A DNA stretch of 64,000 nt. It comes from Promethearchaeota archaeon (lineage in GTDB: Archaea > Asgardarchaeota > Lokiarchaeia > Sigyniarchaeales > SOKP01). The position numbers and the translations under genes are program-made. This document shows, piece by piece, positions 40,356-51,194 of the stretch. Location: positions 13,765-77,764 of the forward strand of contig JBHLPW010000019.1 in the NCBI GenBank assembly GCA_048939015.1. Direction: 5' to 3'. Under the pieces are notes generated by a model that saw only the letters and a program-made list of their open reading frames with translations, was not told the DNA's origin and made no database searches. Each line of letters starts with the position of its first letter. Position 1 is the first letter of the stretch.

Positions 40356-40661
40356 TTATTTTTGCTTTCTTTTTTGTTGCATTTTTTTTCTTTTTTTTTC
40401 CTCATCTTGTATTTCTTCTTCTAGCGCATAGATCTGTGAATCTGCCTTACCTTGTAATTTAAATTGCCCTACAATTTTACTTTCTTCTCGTTCGCCTGAC
40501 TTTGAGATCTTTTCAAAAGCTAATTCTATAGGCAAATCTTGTTTTAATGCTAAATTTATAAAATTAATAAATCCAATATGCTTACTGGGAGCAATAGGGA
40601 ATTTTATTGTCACTTTTTTGTTCTTTTGTGTTTCTGTTTTTAATATTAGACGTAATTTCAA
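40356..40661 (-). CDS. Small basic hypothetical protein
   Basis: 101-aa ORF. Confidence 0.65.
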   Translation of the reverse strand: MKLRLILKTETQKNKKVTIKFPIAPSKHIGFINFINLALKQDLPIELAFEKISKSGEREESKIVGQFKLQGKADSQIYALEEEIQDEEKKRKKMQQKRKQK

Positions 40662-40793
40662 GGGTTCTCAATCTCTCTTTTGAATAATGAGTTAATTATA
40701 TATTTAAAATAATCAAATAAAAAAAAATTATCCTAAATTATTATGTAAAATATCTAATATTAAATAATAAAAATAGAAAAATGAAATATAGGA

Positions 40794-41426
40794 ATGCCCT
40801 CGCGTTATAGGTTACGATACATTTTTAGACCATTAATAAAAATTTTGGCAAGGGGTTTAAGTAAAATTGGTATAACTCCAAATAAGGCTACAATTATTAT
40901 GCTCTGTTTTGCTGTTCTTAGTTTTATTTCTTTAGCTTTTTTTAGAAATCTCTTCACATTTTCTATATTGGTTTTTATAACGGGGATTATGGACGGATGT
41001 GATGGTGCTATCGCTAGATTGACTCAAAAATCGAGTAAGTATGGTGGATTTTTTGATTCTATTATGGATAGAATCTCAGAATTTTTCATATTTTTAGGGT
41101 TAATTGTTTTTAACTGGAATAATTTTTTATGGAATTGCATTGATATGAAACTGATATTATCTATTTCTTATTTAATATCTTTTATGATAAGTTATTGTAG
41201 AGCAAGAGCAGAGGTTTTTTTCAAAGGAGATTTTGATATTGGTTTGATGGCAAGATCAGAAAGACTTTTCTATATATTTTTAACAATGCTACTCGCTTTT
41301 TTCTATGGATTTGCAGCTGAATTTTTATTCATTTTCATGTTGTTAGTAATTTTTACATATCTTTTTAGAACGAAAAAGATTTCTAATCAAATAAAAAAAG
41401 TAGAGACCAAGGAAATAAATCAATAA
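40794..41426 (+). CDS. CDP-alcohol phosphatidyltransferase (archaetidylinositol-phosphate synthase-like)
   Basis: ITPN, DGCDGAIAR...GGFFDSIMDR, SYCRARAE, GLMARSER. Confidence 0.88.
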   Translation: MPSRYRLRYIFRPLIKILARGLSKIGITPNKATIIMLCFAVLSFISLAFFRNLFTFSILVFITGIMDGCDGAIARLTQKSSKYGGFFDSIMDRISEFFIFLGLIVFNWNNFLWNCIDMKLILSISYLISFMISYCRARAEVFFKGDFDIGLMARSERLFYIFLTMLLAFFYGFAAEFLFIFMLLVIFTYLFRTKKISNQIKKVETKEINQ

Positions 41427-42145
41427 TCATCTTTAACTAATTCTATCCTTACACGAACGCCATCTTTTAATTTTAGCGTATCTCTTAAATAAGGTTCTGC
41501 TAAAATTTCTACTATGTTTTTTTTATGATGAGTTCTTTTAATTTTTAATATTGCCCCTTTATTTTTTTTGCTTTGATTATCTAATCGAGACACTATACAT
41601 TCGTAACATTTTACTGAACCATATTTTCTTTTAAAATCACCATTCTCCTCTTTCTCAAAGCCTTCAATTTTAATTGGAATCCGATTCTTTAAGTTTTCAT
41701 CCAACAATTTCATATTTAGATCAGTGAATTGAAGATTTAATGTTCCATAGTAGGGTTTAAATCCTAACTTTCCTTTAAATTGGTCGTAATATTCCTTAAT
41801 TCTAACATAATATCCTCCTTCACCCATTCCTTCAGTGACTTCACCAACGATTAAAATATCTTCTAAAATTTTTTTCATTTCTTTATACATTGTAAGCATT
41901 ATATCTGCACCTTCTTTAGTTATCCTAATTATCTGCTCCTTTCCTACAATTTTCCTTTGAATCCATCCCAATTCTTCTAACTGTGTTATTCTTCTTGATG
42001 CTGTTTGCTGTGACAAATTAAGTATTTTCCCAAACTCGACACTACTAATGTGTAGGGCTTTCTGGCTACCAATATTTTGGCAGAGATGAAAAAGTGCAAA
42101 CCAATTAGCATAATTATTTGAAGGAATTCTCTCTTTATCTTCCAT
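41420..42145 (-). CDS. ribK: CTP-dependent riboflavin kinase with N-terminal wHTH (RbkR type)
   Basis: LSQQTASRRITQLE HTH; GMGEGGYY, PYYGTLN, RTHH, LRDTLKLKDG; ATG at 42145 is more likely than TTG at 42184. Confidence 0.9.
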   Translation of the reverse strand: MEDKERIPSNNYANWFALFHLCQNIGSQKALHISSVEFGKILNLSQQTASRRITQLEELGWIQRKIVGKEQIIRITKEGADIMLTMYKEMKKILEDILIVGEVTEGMGEGGYYVRIKEYYDQFKGKLGFKPYYGTLNLQFTDLNMKLLDENLKNRIPIKIEGFEKEENGDFKRKYGSVKCYECIVSRLDNQSKKNKGAILKIKRTHHKKNIVEILAEPYLRDTLKLKDGVRVRIELVKDDY

Positions 42146-42149
42146 ATTC

Positions 42150-42611
42150 TCAATTGATTTGATTATTTCTTTTAAATTTTTCAATTATTTTCTGTTTAAT
42201 CAAACTTGAACTATGCAATTCGAATTTATCATAATATGTTTCTAATCTTTTAACCTCTATATGATTCAAATGTTTTTTCTTAAGCTTTTTTTCAAGAATT
42301 TCAATACTGAACTTTTGATCTGGTCCCAATAATATTATATCTGGATTAATCTCCTCAACTGTTTTAAGTGTATCGTTATCACTCCTCCCTAATCTAGCTT
42401 CTTTAACATTTTTTAAGTTCTTTATTACTTCAAGTCTTTGTTCTTGAGGAATGATTGGTCGTTCTCCAGAGAATAATTCCCGATTTTTATCTGTAGCGAC
42501 AACAACGTAAACATCTCCTAATTTTGCAGCTTCATTAATAAGATAAATGTGACCAGCATGAATAAGATCGAATGTTCCTGCGATCATTATTCGTTTCTTA
42601 ACATTTTTCAT
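42150..42611 (-). CDS. ribL: Archaeal FAD synthase
   Basis: GTFDLIHAGH, VVVATD, PDIILLGPDQ, SSSLIK; adjacent to ribK. Confidence 0.85.
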   Translation of the reverse strand: MKNVKKRIMIAGTFDLIHAGHIYLINEAAKLGDVYVVVATDKNRELFSGERPIIPQEQRLEVIKNLKNVKEARLGRSDNDTLKTVEEINPDIILLGPDQKFSIEILEKKLKKKHLNHIEVKRLETYYDKFELHSSSLIKQKIIEKFKRNNQIN

Positions 42612-42654
42612 TTTATACTACTCTTACACATATTTCAAGTTTTTATAGTTTTTA

Positions 42655-43266
42655 TTACAAATTGTCTTCGAAACATCTCTTTAAATCATCCATCTGGATT
42701 GCTAGAGAGATATCTCCCCTTGTTTTTTCGATAATCGTTCTTGCTATATCTATTTTATGTCTTAAATCTTGAGTTACTCCTGAAGGATAATCAATCGTAA
42801 ATAATCTTGTATAAATTTCATCCATACTTTCTAATATAGAATTTAAATCATTAACATTAGAATTTCTTATATTATCTAATGCATACCTTCGCAATTCTCC
42901 TATAACATCAGCTAATCCAAAAAGAAAATTTAAAGGATTAACCTTTAATTCATAAGGCGATGGAATCTCTTTTTTACTTATAATTGAGTAAAAAGAAATT
43001 GATTCAACATATTCTTGCTCTGGAGTTTTTAAATATTTGAAAAAGATTCCAGGATTTTTATTAACTAAATCAACTAAATTCTTATGGTTAATCTTAATTT
43101 TATTAATTCTTTCGTGAAATTTATCAAGTTCTCTTCTATGAACATTTTTTATGGCAATACTACAATCTCTAATTAAATCACGAGATAAGCTTAATATCTC
43201 TTCTCTATCTTGATATAATATTTCTAATAACTCTGATATTTCTGAAAAAGCTTTTTTAAGATTCAT
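42655..43266 (-). CDS. Translin/TRAX (C3PO) family protein
   Basis: REEILSLSRDL, QEYVE, GLADVIGELRR, LRHKID. Confidence 0.85.
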   Translation of the reverse strand: MNLKKAFSEISELLEILYQDREEILSLSRDLIRDCSIAIKNVHRRELDKFHERINKIKINHKNLVDLVNKNPGIFFKYLKTPEQEYVESISFYSIISKKEIPSPYELKVNPLNFLFGLADVIGELRRYALDNIRNSNVNDLNSILESMDEIYTRLFTIDYPSGVTQDLRHKIDIARTIIEKTRGDISLAIQMDDLKRCFEDNL

Positions 43267-43391
43267 TATAATAAGACTATAATTTAGTAATAATTAATTT
43301 GAATTTAGAATATTATTATATATCAAATGTAAGAAATATATTTAGAATTTATTATAACCTATTGATTACAATTATAATTTAATGGTTTATT

Positions 43392-45452
43392 ATGAAAATC
43401 TTATTAATTCATTCCCAAGACGTAGAAGTTGTTAAGAATAGAGAAGCAACGAGTACCCCTCAAGAGTTTGATGAGGAAGTTATAAAAATGAAGGGGTTAA
43501 TTATGGTTTGTTTCGTCTCTGTTGAAGATCAGGATACATATGATACTGATTTAATTGCTAGGCAAGGTGCAGAAGAAATCGAGAACGCCATATTACTAAT
43601 TACTGGATTTCCTGAAAAATTAAGGCAAAAAAATGAGGAAATTAGAGAATATAATCAAAAGATTGAAAAAGAAGAAATTAAAGGAAAAAAAAGAAAAATT
43701 TTAGAGCTTATTGAAGACCGTAATAATTATCGTGTTGATAAAGTCCTTGTTTATCCTTGGGCTCATTTAAGCAAATTTCTTAGTAGCGATCAAGAGGCTA
43801 TGGAAGTGTGTCCAAAGATTGCTAAGTATTTGGAAGAAAGGGGTATCGAAGCTATTTTTTCTCCATTTGGATGGTATAAATCGTTTAAAATCAACTGTTT
43901 GGGTCATGAAGTAGCAGAAATGTATAGAGATGTTAAGTTAGCTATTAAGCCAGAGGAACAAGTTAAAAATTCAGTATTTAAGATACTTACCACTTCTGGA
44001 AAAGAATGCGATATAAATTTTGACGAAAAGCAAAAAATTATCTTGCCAAAAGAGATAAAAGATAAGGACTTTCACACCTTTCTAAATTCTGAATTAGGCT
44101 CAAGATTGACTGAGAAAGCTTTTGAACCTGCTCATATCAAGGTAATGAAAGAATTTGAATTGTTGGATTTTGATCCAAACACTGATGCAGGAAACTTTAG
44201 ATGGTATACAAAGGGAATCATTATGAAGAATCTCATCAAAAATTATATAGAAGATAGACTAATAGATTTTGGGGCGATACTTGTTGATACTCCTGTTATG
44301 TATACAGTTAAAAATAAAAAATTAACAGCACAAACCGCCCGGTTTCCAGCAAGGAGCTACTGGGTTGAATCTGGAAGTGATAGATACATCTTAAGATATG
44401 CGTGTGATTTCCTTCTATTTGATTTATTTTCTCAAATGAATTTAAAGTCTCATTATTTTCCTTTAAGAGCGTATGAATATGAACAGTATGCATTTAGACG
44501 CGAATTAGAAGGTGAACTAAGTGGTTTAAGACGATTGCGAGCTTTTATTATGCCTGATATGCATACGATGTGTAAAGATATTGAATCCTCCATTGATGAG
44601 TTTAAAAAGCAATATGAATTAATCAAAAGTCTTGAAAAGGATTTGGGTATAAAGACTTATGTTATATTCAGAGTTACTCAAGAATTTTATAAAGAAAACA
44701 AACACTGGATTATCGATTTAATCAAGTCAGAACAGTATCCTACGTTATTAGAATTGTGGGAAGATAGATATTATTATTACGTATTAAAATTGGAAAGAAA
44801 TGTTCTTTCAGCACATGGAAAGAGTGCTACATTGGCTACTAACCAAATAGATGTAGAAAGTTCATTGGAATATATGTTTGATACGGACGGTGTTAAAAGG
44901 GAGAAATACAACATATCTTTCATTGATACTGATGGTCAAGTGAAACATCCTATTATTCTTCATAACTCTCCAACTGGTGCAGTAGAAAGAGTTTTATGGG
45001 GTTTAATCGAATCTGCTATTCGTAATAAAGATGGGCTTGTTCCAGGATTTAAAACTTGGTTATCACCAGTACAGGTCAGAATTTTAACAGTGAGTGATGA
45101 ACAAAATAACTATGCCGAAAAATTGCTTAACATTATCAATGGGGAAGAATTTAGAGCAGATTTCGATGATAGAGAGGAAACTGTAGGAAAGAAAATAAGA
45201 CAATCTGAAATTGAGTGGATTCCTTATACATTAATTATTGGGAAAAAGGAACAGGAAAATCAAACAATTTCTATAAGAAAGAGGCTAATTAATAGACCAT
45301 TTGGTCCAAAAAATCAAACGTCTGAGCAATTTAATGATGTAAAATTAGATAAATTGTTTGAAATGCTTGAAGAAGACACAAGAAATTTTCCGAGATATAA
45401 ACTACCTAAACCATTCAGGAAATTTTCAACAAGAATTTATTTTAGGCATTAA
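43392..45452 (+). CDS. thrS: Threonine--tRNA ligase, archaeal type with N-terminal editing domain
   Basis: MKILLIHS, YPWAHLS, PFGWYKSF, LRRLRAFIMPDMH, PIILHNSPTG, WLSPVQVR. Confidence 0.95.
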   Translation: MKILLIHSQDVEVVKNREATSTPQEFDEEVIKMKGLIMVCFVSVEDQDTYDTDLIARQGAEEIENAILLITGFPEKLRQKNEEIREYNQKIEKEEIKGKKRKILELIEDRNNYRVDKVLVYPWAHLSKFLSSDQEAMEVCPKIAKYLEERGIEAIFSPFGWYKSFKINCLGHEVAEMYRDVKLAIKPEEQVKNSVFKILTTSGKECDINFDEKQKIILPKEIKDKDFHTFLNSELGSRLTEKAFEPAHIKVMKEFELLDFDPNTDAGNFRWYTKGIIMKNLIKNYIEDRLIDFGAILVDTPVMYTVKNKKLTAQTARFPARSYWVESGSDRYILRYACDFLLFDLFSQMNLKSHYFPLRAYEYEQYAFRRELEGELSGLRRLRAFIMPDMHTMCKDIESSIDEFKKQYELIKSLEKDLGIKTYVIFRVTQEFYKENKHWIIDLIKSEQYPTLLELWEDRYYYYVLKLERNVLSAHGKSATLATNQIDVESSLEYMFDTDGVKREKYNISFIDTDGQVKHPIILHNSPTGAVERVLWGLIESAIRNKDGLVPGFKTWLSPVQVRILTVSDEQNNYAEKLLNIINGEEFRADFDDREETVGKKIRQSEIEWIPYTLIIGKKEQENQTISIRKRLINRPFGPKNQTSEQFNDVKLDKLFEMLEEDTRNFPRYKLPKPFRKFSTRIYFRH

Positions 45453-45526
45453 AATACTTTATATTGATTAAAATAAATTATTTATGCGATCTGTTATTTA
45501 AAGCATAAAGACACTTTTTTTTTAAA

Positions 45527-46144
45527 ATGAAAGTTAAAGCTATTATATTTGATTTAGGGGGAGTAGTAGTTGACTTAGATTTCTCAAATTTTTATAATAG
45601 AGTTATAACGCAATCTCCTTTAAACAAACCACAAACACCAATAATGTTAGAATTCTTTAGACAATCTGATATTTATCATCAGGGTAATATGACTGATGAT
45701 GAATTTTATCAATTAGCATGTGATCTACTTCAAGTATGTATGGTAGATCAAACTGAATTTTTTGAAGCCTTCAATAGTATTATATCTGACATTAACCTAG
45801 AAGTAATAGAATTAATTAAGAAAATACGAGATACTAACAAATACAAACTAATTGCTCTGTCTAACGTAAATTCAAGCCATTGGGATTTCATATTAAAAAA
45901 AAATTGGCATTTTTTGACTTATTTTAATGAATTAATACTTTCACATGAGATCCATTTAATTAAACCTGATCCTGAAATATTTAAATTTGCTATTCAAAAA
46001 GCTGGATGTAAGCCCCAACAAATTGTTTTTATAGATGATGGATTAAATAATATCCGTTCTGCTAAACAATTAGGTATTATTGGGATAAAATATACAAACT
46101 TAGATGATCTTGTTGAAGAATTAAAGAATTTAGAAATTATATAA
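45527..46144 (+). CDS. HAD-family phosphatase (YihX-like)
   Basis: FDLGGV, LSN, KPDPEIF, FIDD. Confidence 0.9.
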   Translation: MKVKAIIFDLGGVVVDLDFSNFYNRVITQSPLNKPQTPIMLEFFRQSDIYHQGNMTDDEFYQLACDLLQVCMVDQTEFFEAFNSIISDINLEVIELIKKIRDTNKYKLIALSNVNSSHWDFILKKNWHFLTYFNELILSHEIHLIKPDPEIFKFAIQKAGCKPQQIVFIDDGLNNIRSAKQLGIIGIKYTNLDDLVEELKNLEII

Positions 46145-46162
46145 ATTTAGTAATAAGTTATA

Positions 46163-46684
46163 TTAAACTCCAATATCTTCAATACATGCTTTAGCAATTT
46201 TTTCAAATGCTAGTTCGACATTTTGTCCTGTTTTTGCTGAAGTCTCTAAATAATCACAGTTTAGTCTTTTAGCGGTATCTTCCGCCTCTATTCTGTCTAC
46301 TTCTCTTTCTAAATCTGCTTTATTACCTAAAAGAATCATAGGTATTGCCTTTTTGACGGTTTTTTTGATTGAGCTTATCCAACCTGGAATTTTTAGGAGC
46401 GTTTGACTTGATGCTAAATCAAAAACTCCTAAAGCGGCATTACTTCCTTTAAAATATATAGTTCTTAATTTATGAAATTGAGGTTGACCCCCAATATCCC
46501 ATAAAAGCAAACGAATGGATTTTCCTTCAATTTCCACATCTTTAATAAGGAAATTACTTCCTATCGTCTTTTTTAAATCATCACTGAAATAGTCCTTTAT
46601 GTATCTCAACAATAAAGATGTTTTACCAACTCCACCTGGGCCAAACAAGGTTATTTTGAATTTAAATTGAGTTTCTGGGCACAT
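46163..46684 (-). CDS. Rab/Ras-like small GTPase
   Basis: G1 GPGGVGKT, G2 TIG, G3 WDIGGQ, G4 NKAD, G5 SAK; no C-terminal prenylation motif. Confidence 0.93.
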   Translation of the reverse strand: MCPETQFKFKITLFGPGGVGKTSLLLRYIKDYFSDDLKKTIGSNFLIKDVEIEGKSIRLLLWDIGGQPQFHKLRTIYFKGSNAALGVFDLASSQTLLKIPGWISSIKKTVKKAIPMILLGNKADLEREVDRIEAEDTAKRLNCDYLETSAKTGQNVELAFEKIAKACIEDIGV

Positions 46685-46887
46685 TATTAATTTCCTCGCG
46701 TGTATTCTATTTTAAATTTAATCTTTTTATTCTATTGTAAATAGATTTTTATATAATTTGAAGATGCTATAACCAATTTTATAAAAAATTAATTCTTCGC
46801 TTATTATTTCATAATATCTTTTAAAGATATTTATATCTTTATAATATAGCTTTATTATTTTTTAAGGTTCTTAAGGCAAAATCTATT

Positions 46888-48189
46888 TCAAGATTTTTTC
46901 TTATTTTTCCCCATACTTCCTATTTTTCTCATAATCCATTCAGGGGAACCAACACCACCAAAATATTTAAGCCAAACGTACATTAATAAACCTAGAAAGC
47001 CACAATAACAAACCCAAGCAATTGGTAAAAAAATAATTGAAAATTGGCCTGTATATAATGGAAGAAATAAATACTGAATAAGAAAGAGAGAGAGGCTTGT
47101 TTTACCATAGAAAAGAACTAATTTTATAACATCATTCTTTTTCTTTTTAATGTCGATTACATAAAAACATATTGCAATAAGGCAAAAAGCAACTCCAAGA
47201 TTATAGAACATGTTGTGAGCAGTGCATCTCACCATAAATATAGGCATTCCATCAAAATGAGCATAATTTTGTTGATTTGCAATGGCTAATAGATCTATGT
47301 GTAAATATTCAGATCTTATAATATAACCTATTGAGGAATGATAAGGGAAGGGAGCATAATATGGAGATCCAGGAAGAGCAGGTTGAACTCGTGAAAGTCC
47401 GATTTCCCATATATTAAAAGCTACACCTCTCGGAACAATTAAAAATATTCCCACTAAAACAAATACAATCCCATAAATGGCAAATATTCGGAATAACTTA
47501 TAATAGGATTCTTTAGTTCCTTTTATCATAGCTTCGTAAAGAAACTCACCAAATATAGTAGATATAAAGCAAACTGCTAAATATGGAAATATAGGTACTT
47601 GAGGAAGCGGAGATGTAACAATAAAATGTAAAACGATAAATAATAGGTTTCCTGCTTCCTTACCCTCGTATAATACATCCCGAATCCAAGGAGAGAAATA
47701 AATTACTAAAAGTCCAATGACAGCACGCCATTTCTTGTTAAATTTTATTGCATAATAAGATAAAATCTGAGAGATTCCAATAAACATAAGTATATTCCAC
47801 CCCCATAAATTTGCAGGGAACCCAATTGCCGTGCGTTCTGTTAATAAAGAAACAGGATTGAATAGCACACCTATTATCATAATTACTCCTCCTCTTATCA
47901 AAATCCCATTACGTATCGCTTTTTCTGAAATCTTTCCTTTTTTTCTTTTATAGCTAAAAACGACACTTAACGCTGAAAGAAATACGAATAGGGAAGGCCC
48001 GAGAACATCTAGAAATGCAAAAACAAGCCCATATACATATTTCCAATCTCGATCAAACCAACTAAGACCCGCATGTGCTAATACTATCCAAACAATTGCA
48101 AATCCTTTAACATAGTCTATTGAATCAATCCGTTTTGATGTGTTATTCTTAATATCTTGGTCGTTGTTTTCTTCAATTTCTGCCAGCAT
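46888..48189 (-). CDS. HGSNAT-catalytic-domain (DUF1624)-like membrane acyltransferase, paralog 1
   Basis: RIDSIDYVKGFAI...LAH, PSLFVFLS, WNILMFIG, P.FPY, YGKTSLSLF, PEW. Confidence 0.8.
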   Translation of the reverse strand: MLAEIEENNDQDIKNNTSKRIDSIDYVKGFAIVWIVLAHAGLSWFDRDWKYVYGLVFAFLDVLGPSLFVFLSALSVVFSYKRKKGKISEKAIRNGILIRGGVIMIIGVLFNPVSLLTERTAIGFPANLWGWNILMFIGISQILSYYAIKFNKKWRAVIGLLVIYFSPWIRDVLYEGKEAGNLLFIVLHFIVTSPLPQVPIFPYLAVCFISTIFGEFLYEAMIKGTKESYYKLFRIFAIYGIVFVLVGIFLIVPRGVAFNIWEIGLSRVQPALPGSPYYAPFPYHSSIGYIIRSEYLHIDLLAIANQQNYAHFDGMPIFMVRCTAHNMFYNLGVAFCLIAICFYVIDIKKKKNDVIKLVLFYGKTSLSLFLIQYLFLPLYTGQFSIIFLPIAWVCYCGFLGLLMYVWLKYFGGVGSPEWIMRKIGSMGKNKKKS

Positions 48190-48362
48190 GCTTAATTCTA
48201 CTCGATTTATCTAATAAATGTAGAAAATTATAATTTCCTAAGTAAAATTTTGATATTACTATTATTGAACATTTAAACTATTTAAAACCTTATTATTGTA
48301 TTTATTGTTATATGTACTCTGTAGAAATAGTGTTTTTTATAAAAAAGAGTGAAATTAGTCTA

Positions 48363-49655
48363 TTAAAAACTTACTTTAACGTGATTTACATAATATGATA
48401 TTAAACAGGCATATAATAGCACCATTAATATTAAACCTCCTAAGTTAAAAGGAAATAATTGATAAGTCAGATAATAGATCCCCCAGAATCCGACTATTAA
48501 AAATGCTATTAAATAATGAAGATATTTGAATAATTTGGAATATTTGAAATTTTTTTCAAATAAGATGAATAAAATTAGAAATGGTGCTAAAACGATGATA
48601 TGATGAGGCCAAGAATCAAAATATACAATTAACATTAAAACAATGCCCACTAAATATCCATTGATTATCTTTTTTTGCTGATTTGAAATTTGAATATAAT
48701 AATAATATATTGGTATAAAAAATATCAAGGTAATCACTAAAAAAATCAAAAATCCATTGATTTCTATACCAACCAAATCTATTAAAATTAATAAAATTCT
48801 TGTAAAGCTAAATGACGGATTAATTTCTAAACCACTTTCAGTGGTATATGTATATTCTCCAGTAAGATTTACTGCAATAAAATCTGTAAACATTTGACTG
48901 TAGATTAGAAAGTAGATTCCTGAAATTAATAATAACACAATAGATCCTAACAATCTGATCGCAGTTTTTTTGAAATTAAATATGATTTTCTTAATTCCCT
49001 TATTATAATGTAAAACTACTAAAAAGGGTAAAATTAATATGAGAGTTGGTTTGAATAGCAAACTTAATCCTATGAAGAATCCTCCTATTAAATCGTTTTT
49101 AATACCTTCTTTTAAAAAATATAATACAGAAGAGAGAATGAACAATAAAACAATAAGATTGATTTGACCTAAAAAATAATTCATAAATTGTGGGAGCATT
49201 ATAAGGTAAATGCTATATTGGTGAAGAACAGATTCATTTTCTTGATTATTAAAGATATTTCTAAAGTTATTTAGACTAGCATGAATATTGGAATCAGATC
49301 GTAATTCACTATATTTCTTGATAATTCTATACATTATATGAAGTAATAATAGGTTTAGAAAGAAATTGAAAATTTGAAATATAAAATAACCAAATCTCAA
49401 TCCTAAAAGTGAAAAAGGTGTAAAAAAGTAAGCAGATAAAGGCAAATATCTAAATGGAAATGGTGAAAGAGAAGAACTATATAATTTAGGTAAATTTTCG
49501 ATAACATTTCTTCCAGCATAATAGAAAGAGAGATAGTCATTTTCATTGATACTCATTAAAGGACTATCTAAAAAATAGAAAAATATGAAGGTTAAAATTA
49601 AATAGAAAGCATTAACAATAAAAGATATCAAGAAGAGTATTCTAGTCTTGTACAT
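48363..49655 (-). CDS. GT87 (DUF2029) GT-C glycosyltransferase
   Basis: NDYLSFYYAG, FRYLP, GQINL, FKP, NPS, WPHH; about 11 TMs. Confidence 0.82.
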   Translation of the reverse strand: MYKTRILFLISFIVNAFYLILTFIFFYFLDSPLMSINENDYLSFYYAGRNVIENLPKLYSSSLSPFPFRYLPLSAYFFTPFSLLGLRFGYFIFQIFNFFLNLLLLHIMYRIIKKYSELRSDSNIHASLNNFRNIFNNQENESVLHQYSIYLIMLPQFMNYFLGQINLIVLLFILSSVLYFLKEGIKNDLIGGFFIGLSLLFKPTLILILPFLVVLHYNKGIKKIIFNFKKTAIRLLGSIVLLLISGIYFLIYSQMFTDFIAVNLTGEYTYTTESGLEINPSFSFTRILLILIDLVGIEINGFLIFLVITLIFFIPIYYYYIQISNQQKKIINGYLVGIVLMLIVYFDSWPHHIIVLAPFLILFILFEKNFKYSKLFKYLHYLIAFLIVGFWGIYYLTYQLFPFNLGGLILMVLLYACLISYYVNHVKVSF

Positions 49656-49672
49656 TAGAAATCATATTTTAT

Positions 49673-51061
49673 TTATTCAATTTTTTCTTCGTTTTCACTG
49701 TCTTTTGATAATTTTTTCATGAAGTCTTCCATCTTCTTTACTTTTTCACGTTTTTTGATTTTATCATACATTTTTTTGGTTGTTTTCTTAACTGCTTCAC
49801 CAGATTTTTGGCCGATCCGGCCCATTTGGACCATTAACCATTCAGGTGAGCCTACACCTTTTGCATATTCCATCCAAATATACATAAAAATCCCTAAGAA
49901 TCCAATATATGAAAGACTGATGGATAGAAATAATGCTATATTTAATTGTTGAGAAAAAAGTGGCATAAATAAAAAATGTATCAAAAATAAACTTAAGGAG
50001 ACTTTTCCGTAATATACTAACATTCTAGTAAAATTATTATCTTTATTCTTAATATCAATTAAAAGGAAAAAAATTGCAATTATTGTTAATGCAGCTCCTT
50101 GATTGTAAAACATATTTGCACTAGTACCCCTTATTAAAAATAATGGTAATCCTGGAATATCAAAAAGATCCTGATTTTGTGCAATTTCTAATAATTCAAT
50201 ATGTGGATATTCAGCTTTTCCGCCAACCATAGTAGCTGCTGTTTGTAATTCAAAACCAAAAGAGGGAAGTGGAGTAAAAATTCCAAGACAGATAAAAATG
50301 ATACCCCATACTAAAAATATTCTAAAAAGTCCAACATATGCATCATTTGTTCCTTTATTCATTGCTTCAAAAATATATTCGCCAAATATTGTTGAAATAA
50401 AACAAATAGAAACCCAAGGTAAAAGAGTTAGATGTGGTGTCGGTGAGGTTACTATATAATGAAAAAAAGTTAGTACGAGATTACCTGCTTCCTTTCCTTC
50501 ATAAAGTAATGCTCTTAAAGTAGGAGAAAAAACAATTATTATTAAACCAATTAATATCCGCCATTTTTTCTTTATTTTTAAAATATAAAAGGAAAAAATC
50601 TGAGTAAATCCAATAAAAGTAATGATATTCCAGCCAAAAATCACTAAAACAACTCTCCCATCTACGATCGCTATTAAATTTGTTAGCATACCAATAGCAA
50701 TCATGACTATTCCTCTTGTAAAAATGCGATTTCTTATAATTTTAGGATGAATAATTCCTTCTTTCCTCTTAATACTGAATATAACACTTAATGCTGAGAG
50801 GAAAACGAATAAAGAAGGTCCAAGAATATCCAATAAGGCATAAAGAAGCCCATAAAGCCATCTAGAGCTAGGATCAAGCCAATATTGGGCTGTATGAGCT
50901 AATATTACAAAAATAATAGCAAATCCCTTCAGAAAATCTATAGATTGTATTCGTCGAGGTGAAGCATAATCTCGAATATCTTCTAGAGGTATTTCTTCCA
51001 TTAAATAATTAAATAACGGGGGAGATTCTGTTTCAATTTCTGATGTAGTTGAGGAAGTCAT
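49673..51061 (-). CDS. HGSNAT-catalytic-domain (DUF1624)-like membrane acyltransferase, paralog 2
   Basis: RIQSIDFLKGFAI...LAH, GPSLFVFLSALSV, YGKVSLSLF, GSPEW; closely similar to 46888-48189. Confidence 0.8.
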   Translation of the reverse strand: MTSSTTSEIETESPPLFNYLMEEIPLEDIRDYASPRRIQSIDFLKGFAIIFVILAHTAQYWLDPSSRWLYGLLYALLDILGPSLFVFLSALSVIFSIKRKEGIIHPKIIRNRIFTRGIVMIAIGMLTNLIAIVDGRVVLVIFGWNIITFIGFTQIFSFYILKIKKKWRILIGLIIIVFSPTLRALLYEGKEAGNLVLTFFHYIVTSPTPHLTLLPWVSICFISTIFGEYIFEAMNKGTNDAYVGLFRIFLVWGIIFICLGIFTPLPSFGFELQTAATMVGGKAEYPHIELLEIAQNQDLFDIPGLPLFLIRGTSANMFYNQGAALTIIAIFFLLIDIKNKDNNFTRMLVYYGKVSLSLFLIHFLFMPLFSQQLNIALFLSISLSYIGFLGIFMYIWMEYAKGVGSPEWLMVQMGRIGQKSGEAVKKTTKKMYDKIKKREKVKKMEDFMKKLSKDSENEEKIE

Positions 51062-51194
51062 TTTCTCTCAAATTTTAAGTAGGTAATTTATTATTCAAAT
51101 CTAAAATAAATTAATATTTTCAAAATTTATTTTAATATTATTCTTTTTGAGTTTTTATAATTTTTTAATATTAATGGAAAAACTTATTTGAATT

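Noticed and set aside
42146-42184. 35-nt overlap of ribK with ribL from the TTG start
   Set aside because: An in-frame ATG at 42145 just after the ribL stop removes the overlap
46163-46684. Rab-like GTPase as a novelty or prenylated Rab ortholog
   Set aside because: Such GTPases are abundant and well known in Asgard archaea, and this one has no CAAX/CC tail
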